A stretch of 64,000 bases of DNA, taken from NCBI GenBank assembly GCA_047285535.1, contig JBJBDC010000001.1, forward strand, positions 1,920,136-1,984,135, written 5' to 3'. Below the pieces are notes generated by a model. That model did no database searches and was not told the DNA's origin. It saw only the letters and a list, made by a program, of their open reading frames with translations. Origin of the DNA: Synechococcus sp. Lineage in GTDB: Bacteria > Cyanobacteriota > Cyanobacteriia > PCC-6307 > Cyanobiaceae. Position numbers and translations under genes: made by a program. Positions 61,771 to 64,000 of this stretch are shown one piece after another; the stretch's first letter is position 1, and each line of letters opens with the position of its first letter.

Positions 61771-63138
61771 TCACTTGCCGATGCAGAAGCGTGAAAAGAT
61801 CCGATCCAAGATCGACTCCGTGAGTTGCTCTCCTGTGATCTCACCAAGGCTATGGATCGCCTGGCGCAAGTCGATCGTCCAAAAATCCCAGGGCAGGCCA
61901 TCAGCCGCCACCTGCTGACTGCGGGCCAGGGCCTCAGCCGCCGTAGCCGCCAGATCAGACTGACGCTGATTCAAGGCCAGAAGCAGGGGCTGTTCGCCCA
62001 AACCGCCACAACCCGCAAGCAGAGCCTGGACCAGATCCTGCTCGCCAGCGCCTGTGACTGCACTCAGGCGTACATCAGCAACTGCCTGAGGCCCGGAATC
62101 AAGATCTGCTTTGTTACCTACCCGTAGATAGGGCACCCCCTCGGGCATCAATGCCAGCAGGTCCTGATCCTCCTCAGTCCACCCCTGAGTCAAATCAAAC
62201 AACAGCACCACCAGATCGGCACTCGCCAACGCGTCGTGACTGCGGGCAATGCCCAACTGTTCCACTGCATCATCAGTGGACCTGATCCCTGCGGTATCCA
62301 ACAGGGTGATCGGAACCCCATCCAGGACGATCTCACTTTCAAGCAAATCCCTTGTCGTGCCTGGCAAGTCGGTCACAATCGAGCGCTGCTGGCGACTGAG
62401 CCTATTGAGCAAAGAGCTTTTTCCCACATTGGGGCGGCCCACCAGCGCAACCCTCAAGCCATGGCGTAGAACAGCCCCTCTCTCTCCATCGGCAACGAGC
62501 GCGAGCAGGTCTGAGCGCACGGACTGCAACTCCTGCAACAACGCCTCACCATCCAAAGGGGGTAGATCCTCCTCAAAGTCCACTCGGGCCTCCAGCTCAC
62601 TGAGCTGATTGAGTAATCGCTGCCGCAAGGCCATCATTTTTGTCTGGACCCCGCCATCGAGTCCGGCCATCGCCAACTGAGCGGCGCGCTCACTGCGTGC
62701 CGCCACCAGATCACTCATCGCCTCAGCACGGGTGAGATCAAGACGACCGTTCAGCACCGCACGCTGGCTGAATTCGCCAGGCAGGGCTCGTCGCACTCCT
62801 GGCTGCTCCAGAACTCGAGCCAGGACCCGCTGCACAGCAATCACCCCGCCGTGACAATGAATCTCCACGACATTTTCACCGGTGAAACTGCGTGGCGCCA
62901 ACATCAGGAGCACGAGCACTTCATCGAGTCGTTCCACTCCATCCGCAGCGACAACATGGCCATACAGAACCCGGTGGCTCTCCCAAGGTTGTTGTCCAGG
63001 AATCAGCGTGATCGCAGCAACAGCAGCTAACGCCTTGGGCCCCGACACACGAATGACAGCAATGCCACCCTGACCTGGTGCCACGGCACTTGCAATCGCC
63101 GCGATCGTCAGCGTCTGATCTGGCCCAATCCCAGACAT
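61771..63138 (-). CDS. mnmE: tRNA modification GTPase MnmE/TrmE
   Basis: GRPNVGKSS, GTTRD, DTAG, NKAD and FCIGK motifs. Confidence 0.98.
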   Translation of the reverse strand: MSGIGPDQTLTIAAIASAVAPGQGGIAVIRVSGPKALAAVAAITLIPGQQPWESHRVLYGHVVAADGVERLDEVLVLLMLAPRSFTGENVVEIHCHGGVIAVQRVLARVLEQPGVRRALPGEFSQRAVLNGRLDLTRAEAMSDLVAARSERAAQLAMAGLDGGVQTKMMALRQRLLNQLSELEARVDFEEDLPPLDGEALLQELQSVRSDLLALVADGERGAVLRHGLRVALVGRPNVGKSSLLNRLSRQQRSIVTDLPGTTRDLLESEIVLDGVPITLLDTAGIRSTDDAVEQLGIARSHDALASADLVVLLFDLTQGWTEEDQDLLALMPEGVPYLRVGNKADLDSGPQAVADVRLSAVTGAGEQDLVQALLAGCGGLGEQPLLLALNQRQSDLAATAAEALARSQQVAADGLPWDFWTIDLRQAIHSLGEITGEQLTESILDRIFSRFCIGK

Positions 63139-63218
63139 TCCTCTAGCCCTGCGACCATCACACACTCCTTCCTACGATCCCAGAGCTTCCACTGCCGCAC
63201 TGGCGGCTAGAAGGTTCG

Positions 63219-63710
63219 ATGAAGCGATTGCGGACCAAATTGCAGCGCCGCTTTGGCCGATGGCTGCAGTGGCTCTGGCAACAGGAAGGAACCGCAGGCC
63301 AGAGAGCACGTGGACTTGCAGCAGGGGTCTTTTGCGGATGCTTTCCCTTCTTTGGATTTCAGACCTTGCTGGGGGTTGGCCTGGCGAGCCTTGTACGAGG
63401 CAACCATTTGATCGCCGCTGCTGGCACCTGGATCAGTAACCCCTTCACCTATGTACCGCTGTTTTGGTTCAACTACCGCTTAGGGGCTGTGCTGCTGGGC
63501 CAAGGCGCTGGCTGGCCAGGATTCAATAACATGAATCAGACAATGCTCGCCACGGCGGGATGGGATGTCATGAGCAGACTCCTGCTTGGCTCCACCCTGA
63601 CTGGAACAGCGTTGAGCCTCCTCGCCTGGTGGTTCACCCTGCGCTGGCTGCAACCCAAAAGGGACAGGGCCATGCCCCCGCTGCTTCATCAACAACAGAG
63701 GAAGAGATGA
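63219..63710 (+). CDS. DUF2062 family membrane protein
   Basis: RARGLAAGVF.G.FP..G.QT and W.SNP.T motifs; divergent from mnmE. Confidence 0.85.
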   Translation: MKRLRTKLQRRFGRWLQWLWQQEGTAGQRARGLAAGVFCGCFPFFGFQTLLGVGLASLVRGNHLIAAAGTWISNPFTYVPLFWFNYRLGAVLLGQGAGWPGFNNMNQTMLATAGWDVMSRLLLGSTLTGTALSLLAWWFTLRWLQPKRDRAMPPLLHQQQRKR

Positions 63711-64000
63711 TTGACTCCAACAAGAATCCTTGCCATTCCAAATAACAAGGTCTTAATGAAATCAATATCTCAAAACTTTCCCGCCAATCAGGTAACCACA
63801 GGGTCCTGACAGTCGAAAACCTGAACCAGAAAGCCAACACCTAAAACAATCAAAATCCACTGACATATTCAATCACCCATTGCATCACAATGACGCAGAA
63901 AGATTCAGCATGCCCTTCACCACTGATTCGAACGATGAACAGCGTCCACTCAAACTCATCACGACTGCATGGTCCTTAGCAGCATCCTCTTTTTCAACAT

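Noticed and set aside
1..64000. tRNA, rRNA or IS transposase genes
   Set aside because: None recognised by eye; tRNAscan or ISEScan would be needed to exclude them.

Overview
This looks like picocyanobacterial chromosome (marine Synechococcus/Cyanobium-like; inferred from the core genes and their order). Core genes argS (8055-9830) and nadC-mnmE-DUF2062 (60811-63710) flank about 50 kb of accessory DNA, and more accessory genes lie left of argS. The island has four main parts. (i) An intact 'inverted-type' integron: intI at 17241-18215, attI downstream at about 18377, and a first cassette closed by a canonical attC at 19361-19447. (ii) A second, decayed integron, several degenerate attC sites, and four copies of an unannotated 130-220 bp repeat that looks like an orphan attI platform. 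(iii) A complete ABC/Tc toxin-complex locus: a TcB-TcC/Rhs fusion with a polymorphic C-terminus, a translationally coupled HEAT-like immunity candidate, a 3047-aa TcA with an N-terminal peptidoglycan-binding-like motif, a coupled minimal nucleotidyltransferase, and a remnant of a second TcA. (iv) Many small catabolic or redox enzymes, plus recombination scars (diverged partial copies of argS, a PEP-mutase gene, intI and tcA, and a hisC::ansA deletion chimera). All family calls come from motif recognition by eye; no searches were run.
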